Notes: generated by a model from the letters alone, not told the origin. Numbered from the whole stretch's first letter, positions 1 to 12,482 are shown. The stretch: DNA of 63,855 bases, filler included, from Cercozoa sp. M6MM (GCA_040357565.1; 11 parts of 11 records of this genome joined end to end with filler, not necessarily neighbours in it), one strand, 5' to 3'. Numbers and translations: made by a program.

Positions 1-30
1 GGGGGGGGGGGGGGTAAAACGGTGGCGCGC

Positions 31-32
<2 letters not shown>

Positions 33-90
<58 letters not shown>
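33..90. repeat. (GT)n microsatellite (representative; similar runs at 3556-3645, 17159-17345, 28358-28484, 44460-44600 and most contig ends)
   Basis: Direct observation. Confidence 0.97.
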
Positions 91-93
<3 letters not shown>

Positions 94-118
94 GGGGGGG
101 GGGGGTAAAACTCAATAC

Positions 119-660
119 AATGAAGCGACGCGACTGCGGCTGCGGGTTGCGCTTGTCGTTGGCGGCCACCTGCGCCAAAATACGCTCCAGGTCGCTCATG
201 TCGTTGTGCGCGAACCACATGACGTCCGCGCGGCTGCACAGTTTCCTGTAGTTTCCGTAATCCGCGCGGACATAAAGAAGATACCTCAGACCGATGCCCT
301 TGCGCATCGTCCACGGGATGCCGGCGTCGGCCTGACACGGAGCACTTAGCTTCTTCTCATCCCCTGCCAGACAGAGCAGATGTGTGTACAACGACAAGGT
401 CGTCCTTGGAGGCAAAGGCCATGATGACAGAGGAGGCGCACGCGATGCTGTCCGAGTACAGGATGGCCGGACGGTCGTCAAAGTGCTTCGACAGTGCCTT
501 CTCCAGGTTTACATGCGCGTCAAACGTGCCGTAGAATCCGCGCGGACCACAACTGAAGCAAGGGATACAGGACACAAAGTGGTTGCAAAGTCTAAAGTTA
601 CCTGCCCACGCCGAACTCGCGAATGCACTATTTGGATTCAGACAATAAACACACATACAC

Positions 661-709
<49 letters not shown>

Positions 710-1468
710 TGTATATATAGAGGGTACCTTCTCGGCCTTGTCGATAACTTCTTCGTTCTTGGTTAGGTTCAGGTAGTCGTAGGACACGAAGCTGGTCACC
801 TGTGGGGAGGGGGGAGTGATATAGTTGTAAAGAGGCAAAGGGAACAAACCTCTCCCTCACGACCTTCGAGTTTGACTTTAATTCCGTTTCGGTCTTCGAC
901 CAACTACCGAGGGATGAGATAAAATGGCAGGAAAGTAAGAGGAGGTCAATATGCTACCATGTCGACAAACTCATCAGACGGCGCGGCCCATTTTTCGTCC
1001 TTGCCAGCACGGTGTCCCTTCGTCGTTGCTATGGGGGGGGGGGGGGGGAAAAAGCGTTAAAAAGTTAAAGCAAGCGTGCGAAAAAAAGTAAATCGGAAAA
1101 TCAAAGGGGAAAGGGGTAAAGGGGCAAAGTACCGTCAGCAGGCGGCACAAGCGGCTCGGGTTCCCATTCGTCAATCAGTCGCTGCTTCTCCTTTTCGCTA
1201 TGAAAAGCAAGGAATCGCGCACTCAAGCATCCAAATTAGAGCCTGTTACCTCAGCGGACGCTCTGGCTTGTAGGACGGCCGCGTGAGCATGTAGACAAGC
1301 CATACGGCAAGGCCGACCTGGGTCAGGCAAATACAAAATCAATCAATCACAATTCCCGCAGGGCAGAATTGACACATCCCCAGATTGCGATATTTTTACC
1401 TCCAAAACGATGTGCAGTGGGGCTTCATCCAACTGGTGCACAAAGCCGTGCCAAAGTGTCTCCAGCAT
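119..1468 (-). CDS. SPTLC1: Serine palmitoyltransferase LCB1 subunit, multi-exon, 3'-partial at window edge
   Basis: Hand-spliced: MLETLWHGFVHQLDEAPLHIVLE|VGLAVWLVYML...KQRLIDEWEPEPLVPP...GPRGFYGTFDAHVNLE...AILYSDSIACASSVIMAFASKDD...WFAHNDMSDLERIL...RRFI. EWxPEPLV, GPRGFYGT and HNDM are LCB1 hallmarks. Confidence 0.93.
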
Positions 1469-1593
1469 TTTGGGCCTGGATTCCCTGATTCGCAAATTTC
1501 CGCGCGATACGTACGCTCACAGGGCTTGCCAGATAACGTCACCGATCGCACCTCACCGAAGTCACAACAAGCGTGATACGGCCGTGCTGATTG

Positions 1594-2635
1594 ATGAAAA
1601 AAACAAGTCTATTGGCTCAATCGCTTGGGATCGAGCCAGTGAGATACAATAGATCTCTATTGGTGCACAAGCAGGCCTGTGACTGTGTTCTTTCTGCTCT
1701 GTTTTGTAGATATTGGCTTATAGGGAGTTGTATAGCCATGGTGCCCAAGCAGTTTAGCCAATAGAATAATGTGTGCGTTTCCTCTGACTGATCGTTTTGT
1801 TGCTCTGCTGCACAGCAATGCTGCCTGTCGCGCGGCGTCACAGCCAACGTGGCCGACGAGTTACAGGAGAAACTGCTAAACATTCGACTGTAACATGGAA
1901 CTGTGATTGAGAAATATGACCTGACCAGTATGTATGTGTTGGGCAGTGTACTTCCATCGTGCGAGGAAGCACTCCTCGTCACTGTAGATTTTACCCTTTC
2001 CTTGACTTCCTTTTTCCTTACCTTTTACCTCCAGAGTGATGGCGAGGTACGTGCGGAATGGCGACGCGACGAGAGCGACCCAAAGCCACCGCAACACCTG
2101 CTGTCGCTCCTGCTGTCGCTGCGACGCGCATCTTCCAAAATGAGCAGGTACCTGGGGAGGGGTAGAATGTAAATAAAAGAGGAGGCTAAACTTTCTTCGT
2201 GTGCTCAGCACGCTGCAACAAAAACACGCCTCGCTCATTCGAATCACTGGCGCACACACCACTGTTTTGGTAGCATCGGCAGGCGCTGACCAGTTGGTTG
2301 TGTTTCTTCCTTCAACCGCAGAGGATGCCCGGAGGCTTGCTGAGGCAGGTTGCTTCCGCTTTATTCTCCTTTAGCCCTTTACCTCTTTACCAATTTACCC
2401 CTTTACTCGTTTGGCCTGGTGTACTCTGTATTGTGGACAGACGCGGGAGACGAGTGCAGAATCGCGCTGGACAATCTGTGTGACGAGCTGAGGTTAGTGT
2501 CGCAGAGCATGCAGATTGGCGGGTACCCATCTTTGTTCCTTTCTTTCCCCTGCTGTTCGTTGAGTTGTTTGGATGCTTTGTTGTGTACTGTGCAGGATGC
2601 CCTTGCACAGAGAAGACTCTAAAGGCCGATTGTAA
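1594..2635 (+). CDS. Putative Roadblock/LC7 (MglB/LAMTOR-like) domain protein, about 7 exons
   Basis: Splices with GT-AG introns (e.g. 1890-1946) to ...ELQEKLLNIRLVLPSCEEALLVTSDGEVRAEW...LLSLLLSLRRASSKMSSTLQQKHASLIRITGAHTTVLVASAGADQLVVF..., which fits the helix / A-h-h-h-x-x-DG / helix / beta-strand Roadblock pattern. Ends TAA 2633-2635. Confidence 0.5.
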
Positions 2636-3268
2636 ATAAAACTGAAACAACGAACGCAACATTGACCGCGCCATCGCCTGATCATGTGACGGAATTCAAG
2701 TCGCCGATCGCGTTGCGTCGGCGTTAATGGAAAATTAATTTAGCGTGTCGTTAGTCGTCAGTTAAGGGGCATCGATATCGGTCGGTAGTAACGTAAATCG
2801 AGTTAAACTGTGCAATTGTAGTGGGCAGTTCTACAATTGTGCTCTTTCTAGTTTCGTACACGCTGTACTCAAGCTACTGTAGGAGGATTCCACTTACTGT
2901 ACTTCATTGCCGCGAACCTGGCTGTTCCGTCTGTCACGCCTCACAAAATTACTCAGTTTGCAGCCCCAGAGTCGAAATTTGCCCGCAGTCCGATGGCCAC
3001 ACTGAAGCACAAAATCGACGTTTCTGTATGACGAAACTGACGTTTCTTGAAATCGGGTTCGATCGTGTCCGCCAGTCCGATCAGAGTGACCTCAGTTTCT
3101 CGGAGTGGACGCTCAGATACGTCTTTTAGCTCTCTGAGTGACGGTTCAGCCACCTGTTTATCTGTGAAAGGTATCGAAGGGTCCCCAGAGCACTAGAAGG
3201 GCGTTGGTTTATTTTTCTGCCGCAGCGCTGTCCGAAACCGATTGTTCCAATCACGAGCGAAACCTGAA

Positions 3269-3553
3269 ATGTGCCGCAGGGTCACTTGCTCAAAGTGCAA
3301 TAAGCCTACGTGGGTTGGTTGTGGCTTGCACATCGAAGAAGTACGTACTTAATAATAAGTTCCTTCTTTCTGACTAAGGCTTAAGTTCCTTCTTTCTGAG
3401 TTGCCCTCAGTTTCAATTCATTTTGTCGGCGTTTGTAAATTAGGCTCTCGCAGGTGTCCCGGAGGACCAACGCTGCAAATGTCCGCGTACCCTTTCTCTG
3501 TTCCGATGTGTGCTTGTCTGTCCTGTTGATGAATGTACATTGTGTAAATTTTC

Positions 3554-3647
<94 letters not shown>

Positions 3648-3691
3648 GCTCTCGGGCAGCCCGTCTGGCGAAGAGCTGTGACGTCATGTAA
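3269..3691 (+). CDS. 52-aa Cys/His-rich putative zinc-binding microprotein with C-terminal CaaX (CDVM)
   Basis: Exons 3269-3340, 3444-3486, 3648-3691 (GT-AG, phases compatible) give MCRRVTCSKCNKPTWVGCGLHIEEALAGVPEDQRCKCPRSRAARLAKSCDVM*. Absent from the ORF track. Confidence 0.85.
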
Positions 3692-4276
3692 CCGTGACGC
3701 TCGTCGGCGTGAACACTGCGACCATTGGAGTCGGATGTGTTCGAGGTGAACATGAACCCCGCTTCCAAACTAGTCCCTACAGTATAGCCAATGCTGACTG
3801 AAAAACAGCAAATTGAGCAAAGAAGAACTAAACTGTAGTTATGATGTTTGGGAGTAAATCGCCGTACATATATATATATATATATTCTTACTGTTCAGCA
3901 TACTAAATGTGGCGCTGTGGTGGTAATGCTCTTGCTTCCCTTCGCGGCGCGACCTACTGTACGCTTGGACCAAAACTACAATAGGTTCTGCAAAGATTGC
4001 GTTGCAAAGCAATTGCAAAGTGCTTTTTTCAGTGTCCAGACTCCAAAATTTCGTTTGCAAGTTATTGTACGAATACGAATTCTCATGGAACGAACACGTT
4101 TTAACCACTAACGCATGCGTTAAAATAGTCACCGTCCTCCATGCGCATCGTACCATCATCTAATTTAGGCGACGCTGCACCAGCCCCTGTCGTGCGACTT
4201 GAAGTAAAGGTCGATGTAGATAGTTTCTGAGTAGACTGAACTAACGTCAGCGTCGCGCCGCGTGCTCGACTGGAGA

Positions 4277-5039
4277 TCACTCCGGTTTCACATCGGAGTC
4301 ACTCAGCTTGGAGTTCGACTCCTCTTCGGAGTGGTCTCCCGGTAGCTTGACCCAGCGGCCGCCGCCGTGTCGTTCACGCGCAGCCGCGCGGGCTTCAAAG
4401 TGCTTGTGCAGCAGACGCGCGTCGTCACGCGTCAGCACCGGTCGCTTGTGGTCGTAGATCGACACTGTCTCGTCAGTCGCCTCGTCACTTGAGACGTCAC
4501 TTTTGGTTTGACTGGCCGAGGCAGCTTTCGCAGAGTCTTGTGTCAGTTTTTCGATGTCCTTCGACGAAATGTGAGTCACGGTCTCGCCGTGCTTTTCGAG
4601 AAGTTCCTCCAGCGACTTGCCGACGCCCAGGAGTCCCTTGCGATCTGCCTTGCCAGTCAATGATCCCACATACTATACTGTGGAAATTAAAGCCATACCT
4701 GACAGTAAGTGCATCGTGTGACAGCCGTCACATCGAGCGACCACAACGCCGTGTTCTACAATGTCCGATCAACAGAACGCAAGAGGGGATGCTGGATTAA
4801 ATACCAAGCGTGAAACGCGAGAACGCGATCGCATTGCGAGTCTTGCAGCGCTTGCACGTGTACAGCATGCTCAACAAATCCTCTGGCTGTACAAAAAAGT
4901 AACAACGGACAGACGAAACTTGGTCAGCGAGTGAGCACACCTTATCGACTGACAGAAAGCGGCGCTGCGGTTGAACCGCGAGCGCGCGAAACTGCGGGCG
5001 CACGACGAATGCTCTTCGCAACCTTGCGATAAACGACAT
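4277..5039 (-). CDS. DNLZ: Mitochondrial DNL-type zinc-finger Hsp70 escort protein (Hep1/Zim17)
   Basis: Arg-rich presequence MSFIARLRRAF...RRFLS, then MLYTCKRCKTRN...HGVVVARCDGCHTMHLLSDRKG...SLEELLEKHGETV (two CxxC, zf-DNL pattern). Confidence 0.88.
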
Positions 5040-5244
5040 CGCTTGAACAATAATTATCAGCTCGGACACACCACCACGCTACACAGAAACACTAAGTCCG
5101 CCAGCGAATTTTCTAGGGGAAAAAATAAACAGTTCAGTAAAAACCGCAATTCGTCGTTTCCCGTCTCGTTTTTGACGCATATTGCCACAAATTGTGTGTT
5201 TTGCGGTGTTGAACCACCGTTGCACACATTTTTGGTGGGACAGG

Positions 5245-8200
5245 ATGATGCAAGATGACATGTTTTTTGATTTGCCAGAACAGACTGGTATCTCAGCGGC
5301 TTGTTTCGTTGCTTTGTTGTTTTTTGGTAGTTTGCTGCTATCCAGGGGACGAAAGCGACTTTCAAGCGATACAGGAGCTACTGATGCACCAACTCAGTCG
5401 TGCACAGCAGCAGCAGCAACGTACTTGACTTGTTGTTCTATATTATTTGTGGCTTTATTTGTATTTGACAGACGCGGCCATTGAAGCAGCAAAGGTCGCC
5501 AAAAACAATGGTATCTTGAAATTTAGATAAATTCTTTGGCTGTTCGAGGTCTCAACTGCACAGAATCAACGCTTCAGTTTGCTTTGCGTGAATTGCGACG
5601 TCTCGATGCGACTCTAAATGTACTTCAGTCGTTTCAAATGTTGTGTTCATGCTTCACGTGATTTTGCTTTCCTTAGTCGCTATCACAAAGAGGCAGTGAA
5701 TTGCTTTCATCCTCACAAGCCACCGTGGAACACTTCGAAGCACTGTGCGAACCGCTCAAGCGACAAGCACGAGTGCTTCGCGAATCCGAGCGACAAGCAA
5801 AGCTGCAGCAACTGTTGCAGGAGGCCAGTCAAGCCAGCGACCGAATTGAAACAGTACTTGCTTCGGTTTCGAAGCATTTTGGCGTCGTTCTTGATGCTGC
5901 TGCGAGCGAGAAAGCTGCGGTTTCGACCGACGCGAGCGAAATCGGCGCAATTCCGACCGGAGTCAGCGAAGCTTTGGCGAAACGCAGCAGTTTCGTGCTT
6001 GACGGCGATGCTGTTGTTGGCTTCTGTGCTGCGCGTGCCGAACTTTTGCGATTTCTCAAGTTGCTTCGATCGGACGCTGCGAAATTCCTCGACTCGACTC
6101 AGTTGACGCAAATGTGCGAACGACTCGAACATTTGCAAGTGCGCGTGCAGGCTGTTCGAGATGTTGTGCGTGCAGTTACTTTGCGTGCACTCACTTCGAT
6201 TGGGTGAGCTTTGCTTGTAAGCTTGAGCTCAACTGGGAGTGACTTTGTTTTGTGTGAAGGTACCCGCGTGCACCAAGCGCCGACGAGTCGGACGGCTTCT
6301 CGGCTTTGGAGGAAGCAGACGGCGCAATCGACAGCGCGTTTTCGCTGCTAGGAGCTCTGTACGTGTGCGACCGCAGAGCTGCTGTGCACGCGCTTTGCCA
6401 TGCCTTCCGGAAGGTAAAAGCTCAGTATGAGCTTTGTGGTTTTACCTCCTTGCTTGTTGTTGCTTTAGAGATTCGCGTTCCATTTCGAGCGAAAAGAGTC
6501 GCGTCTCAATCGGCTCGCACGACCTGAGTGGTTCTTTACTTTCGTATTGCAGTGCATCGAAGCACACGAATCGTTCTGGTCGACCGTCGATCAATACCGT
6601 CTGTCCTTTTGTTTTTTCCGACTCAAACATGCGATAGCATTTATGCCGCAACTTGTGTACACAGTCTCTCGAGTGCACGAAGCAACTCGCATTGAAACCA
6701 GCGAAAGATATTCGGCTATTTCTCAAGATGTTCGCAAAGCTCTCGTTCAACTTTGCGCTGATCGCTCGCGACATCTAGTGCAGCAATTGCTCACCGATAT
6801 CGAAACCAACGTACCTTGAAAGATATGTTGTTGCACTCAGGTATTTTTTGAATTAGCAGAGTGAAAACGATGCGCTGCTGCGGCATCTGATCGATGAGAT
6901 TCTGTGCTTCCAAGATGCTGCTGGTGCAACAAATGACGCTTTTGTTGGTACCAATTCAGTTATTTACACAATTTACTACACTACTGTCGTGTGTGTAGGC
7001 ATTCTGAGTGACCCAAAGTTAATACCTCAATGGTGCAAACAACTTTCCTTGATTCGCGCGGATGCATTATTTGCAAGCTTGTAGGTTTCGATTGGATCGC
7101 GACTTTCTCAATGCGCAACTTGACGTATTATACGCCTGTTTGCTTTTTTGCTTTCCGTCGTGGATTTGTTTGCCTTTTGCAGGTTTTGTTTCAGATCGAT
7201 AAACCCTTCCACGAGGACGAAAGTATCCAACCTCCTTTCCCATTTTTTGCAAAATAAAGATAACTTGGATTTGTGTCGAATAGGCGGTTGCACGAGGTCT
7301 TTACGACTGTTCATCACGCTGTTTGAGAGTGCTACAGCCAGATGGCACTGTCTGCGCAATGTGCATTATCGACTCGCTTTCTGGCACCGTTTCGCGCGAC
7401 GTTTACTGCGAGTGTACGCCGCCGAGCTGCGAGACACGGCGCTTAGTGTTAACACACTGCACAACAACACCAAAGACGATCTCACGAGCGATCAGTTGAG
7501 CGATCACGGTTCGAGCGATCACAGCGAGCGAGGCGAAAACTTGAGCAATCTGCAGCTTTTGGTCGGAATTGCGAAATCCGCGATTTTGCTGCGAAAGCAG
7601 CTACTGATGCGACTGCTCGACGATCGGTACTTTCACTGAACTTTACGTTTAGTGTTTTCCGCGCAAAATGGTTTTGTTTCACAGAGACATGAGGAAAATG
7701 GCTATTGCTCAACGTCGCTGGCACGTAGAGTTTCTGTACTAAGTCGTGTCTACTGTATCGGTGATCTGCACACTGCAGGCGAGAGTGGACCCGGACGCCT
7801 TCACAACGGATACCGAGTGGCGTCGCTTTTTCGATGCGAATGTTGCAGTCGTCGACATCAGTCTGTACCAACAACACTCCTATGGAGCAGCGCGATTATT
7901 GTGGAGAGTGAAAGTTGTGCGTTTGGTTGTACAGAGACGGCGAAGAACCAGTCGATTTGGACGATCACATTCTGCTGGGTGACATTGCACGCTCTTTTGT
8001 AAGTTATGTTTCTTCTGATCTTTCTCCGTGCCTCCCCCGACTCTCGAATAGGCCGAAATACCCAAAGTGGTGGTGTCTCGTCTCACGTCACTGTTCGTGT
8101 GTACCTTGACCCTTCTTTCTGCCCTCAACTCAAACTACGTGTGTGCTGTACAGCACAAACACTTCGCGCAGCTGTTGCCGACGCGTGCTTGCACCAGTAC

Positions 8201-8649
8201 TGCACCTTTTACCCCTCCCAAGTTTCTTTTGTTCATGTCTATTTACAGAGGCGACGAAACACCGCCGTCGCTTGTGCTCGCTGCTGCCGAAATACAGCAC
8301 ATGGGTACTGTTTCACTTTTTGTTTTATTTCACTTCCTTTTACTTCTGTGCAGTTGCGACATGCGCCGCAGTGCCGCAGCTGTGCATGCCACTGCGCGTG
8401 TCGCTCCAGCGCGCCGTCGTGCAGCAGGCGCAGCAACTGCCGCGGCACATCCGCGTCGACCCGGCCTCAAAGCTTGGACTCCTCCTAGCACGCGACAAGG
8501 ACAAGTCGGAGTACACTAGCGACACTGACAGTGAGAGTGGTCACTTGGGTGACGACGCCAGCAGTGGCCACTCGGTGCGCTCACAGATGCCGGTGCATGT
8601 GCCAATCAGTCGCGGATTCTCGTCGCTGCTGGCGCCACTTTACGCCTAG
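5245..8649 (+). CDS. RINT1/TIP20-like (CATCHR tethering) protein, many exons
   Basis: In-phase splicing traced for the 5' exons from ATG 5245 and across intron 7627-7684. N-terminal coiled coil. Segments RHLIDEILCFQD and LFITLFESATARWHCLRNVHYRLAFWHRF resemble RINT1. Middle exon boundaries are approximate. Confidence 0.55.
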
Positions 8650-9903
8650 CTAGTCGCGGAGCGTAGCTAGATTTACATTTGCCTCACGGTCAGCTGTCGT
8701 ACAGTTAACGTTCGGTTCGCGTCGTTTACTGGTCGACTTTAGTTTTTCGTTAGCGGTTTCCGTATCCGCTTGACCGTACATATACAGCCTTCGCTTGCCA
8801 GGCTTGGCTGCACGTGCAGCAGCTCGAGCTGGCATTGCCAACTGAGTTTCCTTCGTTGGCAGTTTGCAATCGCAGCCATCCCTAAGAAACCCAAAACCAG
8901 CTTCACTGCTACTGTACAGCACTAGTATAGCGACTTGTAGCCGATCCACAGTACTGGAGTCTGCAGTATAGCACCTGCACCAGGCCATTTATAATTACAG
9001 TACGGTCAAGGTTCTTTGCGAATGCGAGTCACAGGAGCCGTTTCTCTTGGTCAGAGTCGCGGTCAGACAATTCTGTTCTCGCGTTTGTTTTCTGTCTTGA
9101 CCGAAATTTTAAGTGACGCCTTACGCTTCTTGGCTTGAGTTTCGGAGGCCAGTCCGATGATGGGTATCATCATTCTATATGCTGGTTGATTGAAAATCAT
9201 CAAATCCGTTTACTGGGAGGCTTTGAACTAGAACTCTCTTTGCTCTCCTTTTCCGAATGTACTCCCGTTTATTTCTCAGCAAACGCGCGGTCGAACGGAT
9301 CGCCTACGTCGGTGTAGGTGCCTACGTGTACCGAGTGCACTTGAGTATTTTTAACCTCTGTCATTCAGAACGTGGTGTGATTTACCAGGTTCATTTTATG
9401 TTTTTGTACTGCAAATGAAGGAGCGCTCAAGCGCGAGAAGCTTCAGCCGCCTGCTCAAGGTACACTTTGTGCACTATGACTCTGTTTTGGAACAGGATTT
9501 GCGTGTTTTACTGACTGAAAGAGTAGCATAACTGCACCTGAAAAGCGGACGGAACGAAAAAGCCGATAATTAGAGATCAATAAATTGAATCATCGCTACA
9601 CCGTAAATTAAAAGAACTGAACTTTCAAAAGTCGGACATGCAAAGTGAGTATTCCAAACCACAGCAACATCGACATCCGATTCTGACTACCTTACTCAGA
9701 CTTTAAACTCAGATAAGAACGGAATTGAACTCAAAAAGTCGCGTCGGGCAGTTTCTTCATAGGTCGGAATTTGATTAGCGTGCGCCCAAACTGAAATCTC
9801 GTTGTAGCAGGCGAGTAAAATGCTGCCTGATGCGTATTATTTTTAGGTTCACGTTCAGTTGATTGATCTGGGTCCAGTCTCGCCGGGCGATTATTATAGA
9901 CAG

Positions 9904-11830
9904 TCAGTTGGAATCTTGAGCGTTGTCGGCGCAGCCCATCGGCGCTGTAAAAGAGCGCTGCAGCAAATCGAGCGGCAGCCACTCGCAGTTGACCTTGTGC
10001 GTCAACGCAGTGGGAATGCCGACAACGCCGCGCACATCTCTGTCGGCGGCAAAGCCGAACACGGCACTCTGCCGGGGAGCAAGCACAGCAGTGTTCACAG
10101 GACGATCGTTCGCTGTGCTGGAGTGAACACGAGGCAAGTCCACGGTCTCGAAGCGCAGTTGTCCGTTGGCGTAGTCATTGACTCGAGCAGCTGTCTCCTC
10201 GGGCGACAGCAGCGACTGGTCAGGTCGCACCTGGAAGCATGGCATGTGCAGTTCCGGGAAGTCTTTCTGCTCGACGTTCAAGCTGTAGATCAGTTGTCTA
10301 TTCGGTGCGTGCCGCGAGGCAACCCGACAGTTGCACGTGATGTCGATATCCCTGGGCAATACAGGGATCACTGAGAAGTCAATGTCACAGCGAAGCGACG
10401 ACACTGACTTTGGTCGGCGCTTGTTGTAGAAGGCCTGACTGTCGCACGCTGCCGATGGCGACACATACAGCACCGAGTAGCGAGTCAGTGTCGGCGGGAT
10501 CTGGATGTTTGACCTAGGGTTGGGCGCGCGCTTCTCCACAACGCGAGTCGGCACCACAAGCGGCGGCATGTTGCACTTGGCCTGCTTCACGTCAGCCACC
10601 AGCTGCCACACCAAAAAAGTAACAAAGATATCTCATACCATTGGAGTAAATAAAACTGGTACCGCAATCGTGGACACATCAGTGTCGCCAGCCAACCACT
10701 GTTGGTTGGTCTGCCAGTGTCGCTTGGCACGCAGCAGGCGCACGGTTTGCTCCTCGCAGTCTGCAAAGAGGGACAGGCATACAGCACACAATACAGCCGG
10801 GACAAATTACACTCGGACAGTGCTCTCAGCGAACGACGTAGACTCATAAAGCAGCGTGCTCGAGGCATGCGCTGCAGTGCCACACAATACTTCCTCACAG
10901 CAGTATTGCCAGAGAGGTAGGTGTACATTGCTGGGTCGCAAATTCAGCACACGATTGATGAAACGAAACAACACTGTGATCTGTCAACACAATACTAGTT
11001 CGGCAGGTCAGGGTACAATGAAGCAATATTAGTACAGTGAACATGTCGAGTCCACCAATAGAGGTGCCAAGCAACTCGTCGAACGAGCACAGGGTCTGCA
11101 CAATTGGCACATCGATGCACAGACAGACACAGACAGATGCACAGGCGCCTTGTGAAAGTCGATGATGGGTGCCACAAGCAAGGTCAGTTCCTATTCACAT
11201 AAAGCATGTGCACAGGAAGGGATATAATAATGATGGTTCAATGATAGTTCAGTTTTACCCAAATCTCGGCCTCGTCATACGAAGTGAACAGCTGCACACT
11301 GGTCTTGCCCAGAAAACGCTGGTTGTGCACTGCAAAAAGCCTCGAAAAGATTACTGAACTGACAAAAACTCAAGGGCCCTCTCAGCTCTACCTCTCGCAA
11401 GTGTCGGCAAATGGACACGCTGGGACTTGTTGTGGATCTCTCGCGCAAAGTTCTGCACCTCGGCGACAGTGCTGTGTTCCCCAGGTAAAGCTTTTGAGAA
11501 AGAGATGCTTATAAAACATGCCTTTAACTTACATTTCCGGACGACTGATGTCAATCACGTTCGTTGAACGGTCACCCGCGAACTGGGCCGCGAAGGGCTG
11601 CGGTTTAATGCAAACGAGAGTTTTTTTAACAGAAAATGGAAGAGGCCAAACCGTGTTCTCCAGCTGCTCTGGCGTCAGTTCGGCTTCAGGGACAACAGCG
11701 CCTGCATAAAGCACAATAACAAAGAAGCAGACCTAGAGGACTGCCCACCGTCAGCGAGTCGGAATCGAACCGTGCCCACGGCCTGGGTAGAAACACCCAA
11801 TTCAGCCTCGTCCAAGCTCCCAGCTGTCAT
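9904..11830 (-). CDS. Hypothetical multi-exon protein
   Basis: MTAGSLDEAELGVSTQAVGTVRFRLAD|GAVVPEAELTPEQLENTVWPLPF..., several short exons, and a long terminal exon (ORF 9904-10614). No family recognised. Confidence 0.6.
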
Positions 11831-12004
11831 TCTAGTCGTACAGTGCTAGGCACACAAGCAGTAAATCACCCGAGAACAAAGAAGTATTTGCAGACAAGCG
11901 ATCACAACACTGATCTTTCAAGTAGTTTATGCTAATACGCAGTCTTTATATGCTTTGTGCACTTTAGTGGATGCAGATTTAGTTTTGAACTCAGTGACAG
12001 TAGG

Positions 12005-12165
12005 TTATTCGAGAATAACGGCAATGTAGAACCAGACGGCGGAGAAACCGTTGGGGTATGGGTGCACGTGCACGGCGCGGGCGAAACGCGCCGTCTCGCG
12101 CGCAGTCTCGTGCAGACCCGTCTGTCGCACTGCCGCCAACATGCGCTCCTCCACACTGCCGTCGC
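12005..12165 (-). CDS. CC2D2A: Terminal exon of a CC2D2A/MKS6-like ciliary transition-zone protein (5'-truncated by contig end)
   Basis: GDGSVEERMLAAVRQTGLHETARETARFARAVHVHPYPNGFSAVWFYIAVILE* matches the CC2D2A C-terminus pattern (TGxH...FAxAVxxHPYPxxxxxVWxYxA). CEP76 shares a related C-terminus. Confidence 0.75.
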
Positions 12166-12201
12166 CTGCGCGGGAGGGGGGTCAGAAGATGGGGGGGGGG
12201 G

Positions 12202-12301
12202 NNNNNNNNNNNNNNNNNNNNNNNNNNNNNNNNNNNNNNNNNNNNTTAATTAATTAANNNNNNNNNNNNNNNNNNNNNNNNNNNNNNNNNNNNNNNNNNN
12301 N
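12202..12301. other. Artificial contig linker N44-TTAATTAATTAA-N44 (12-mers also start at 19543, 24451, 27159, 32084, 38021, 44645, 53988, 58618, 60954)
   Basis: An identical palindromic six-frame-stop 12-mer inside fixed-length N runs, ten times. Confidence 0.98.
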
Positions 12302-12482
12302 GCATCTGATACGTCGCAGTATGTAACGAAAGTCGCGTCGGTAACCGAACCGAGTACGGTAATGGAGTGGGTACTGGTTGGAGGAATACAGACGCGAGCC
12401 GCAACGCCCTTACGTGCGAAAAAAACGAAGAAACCTCACGTCCAGTCGGGTCGATCACATCGCGCGCATGCCCGCGGTCGCG

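Noticed and set aside
33-349. ORF-track proteins such as CVCVCV, HTHTHT and YIYIYI, and many antisense ORFs
   Set aside because: These are translations of intronic microsatellites or shadows of GC-rich codon-biased genes.
1885-1950. Apparent in-frame TAA suggesting stop-codon reassignment
   Set aside because: It is removed by a 57-nt GT-AG intron (1890-1946). TAA, TAG and TGA all terminate conserved genes (CFAP299, OLA1/DRE2, DNLZ).
5508-5570. Apparent non-canonical splice (ATG|GT...AG giving the wrong frame)
   Set aside because: The ATG is out of frame; upstream exons from 5245 give a normal phase-1 GT-AG junction.
11750-11830. tRNA B-box-like GGTTCGATTCC on the minus strand
   Set aside because: No cloverleaf; it lies in the first coding exon (GTVRFRL) of the 9904-11830 gene.
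12246-12257. Regularly recurring TTAATTAATTAA palindrome that could be taken for a repeat array or recombination site
   Set aside because: Always inside fixed N44 flanks; it is an artificial six-frame-stop contig linker.
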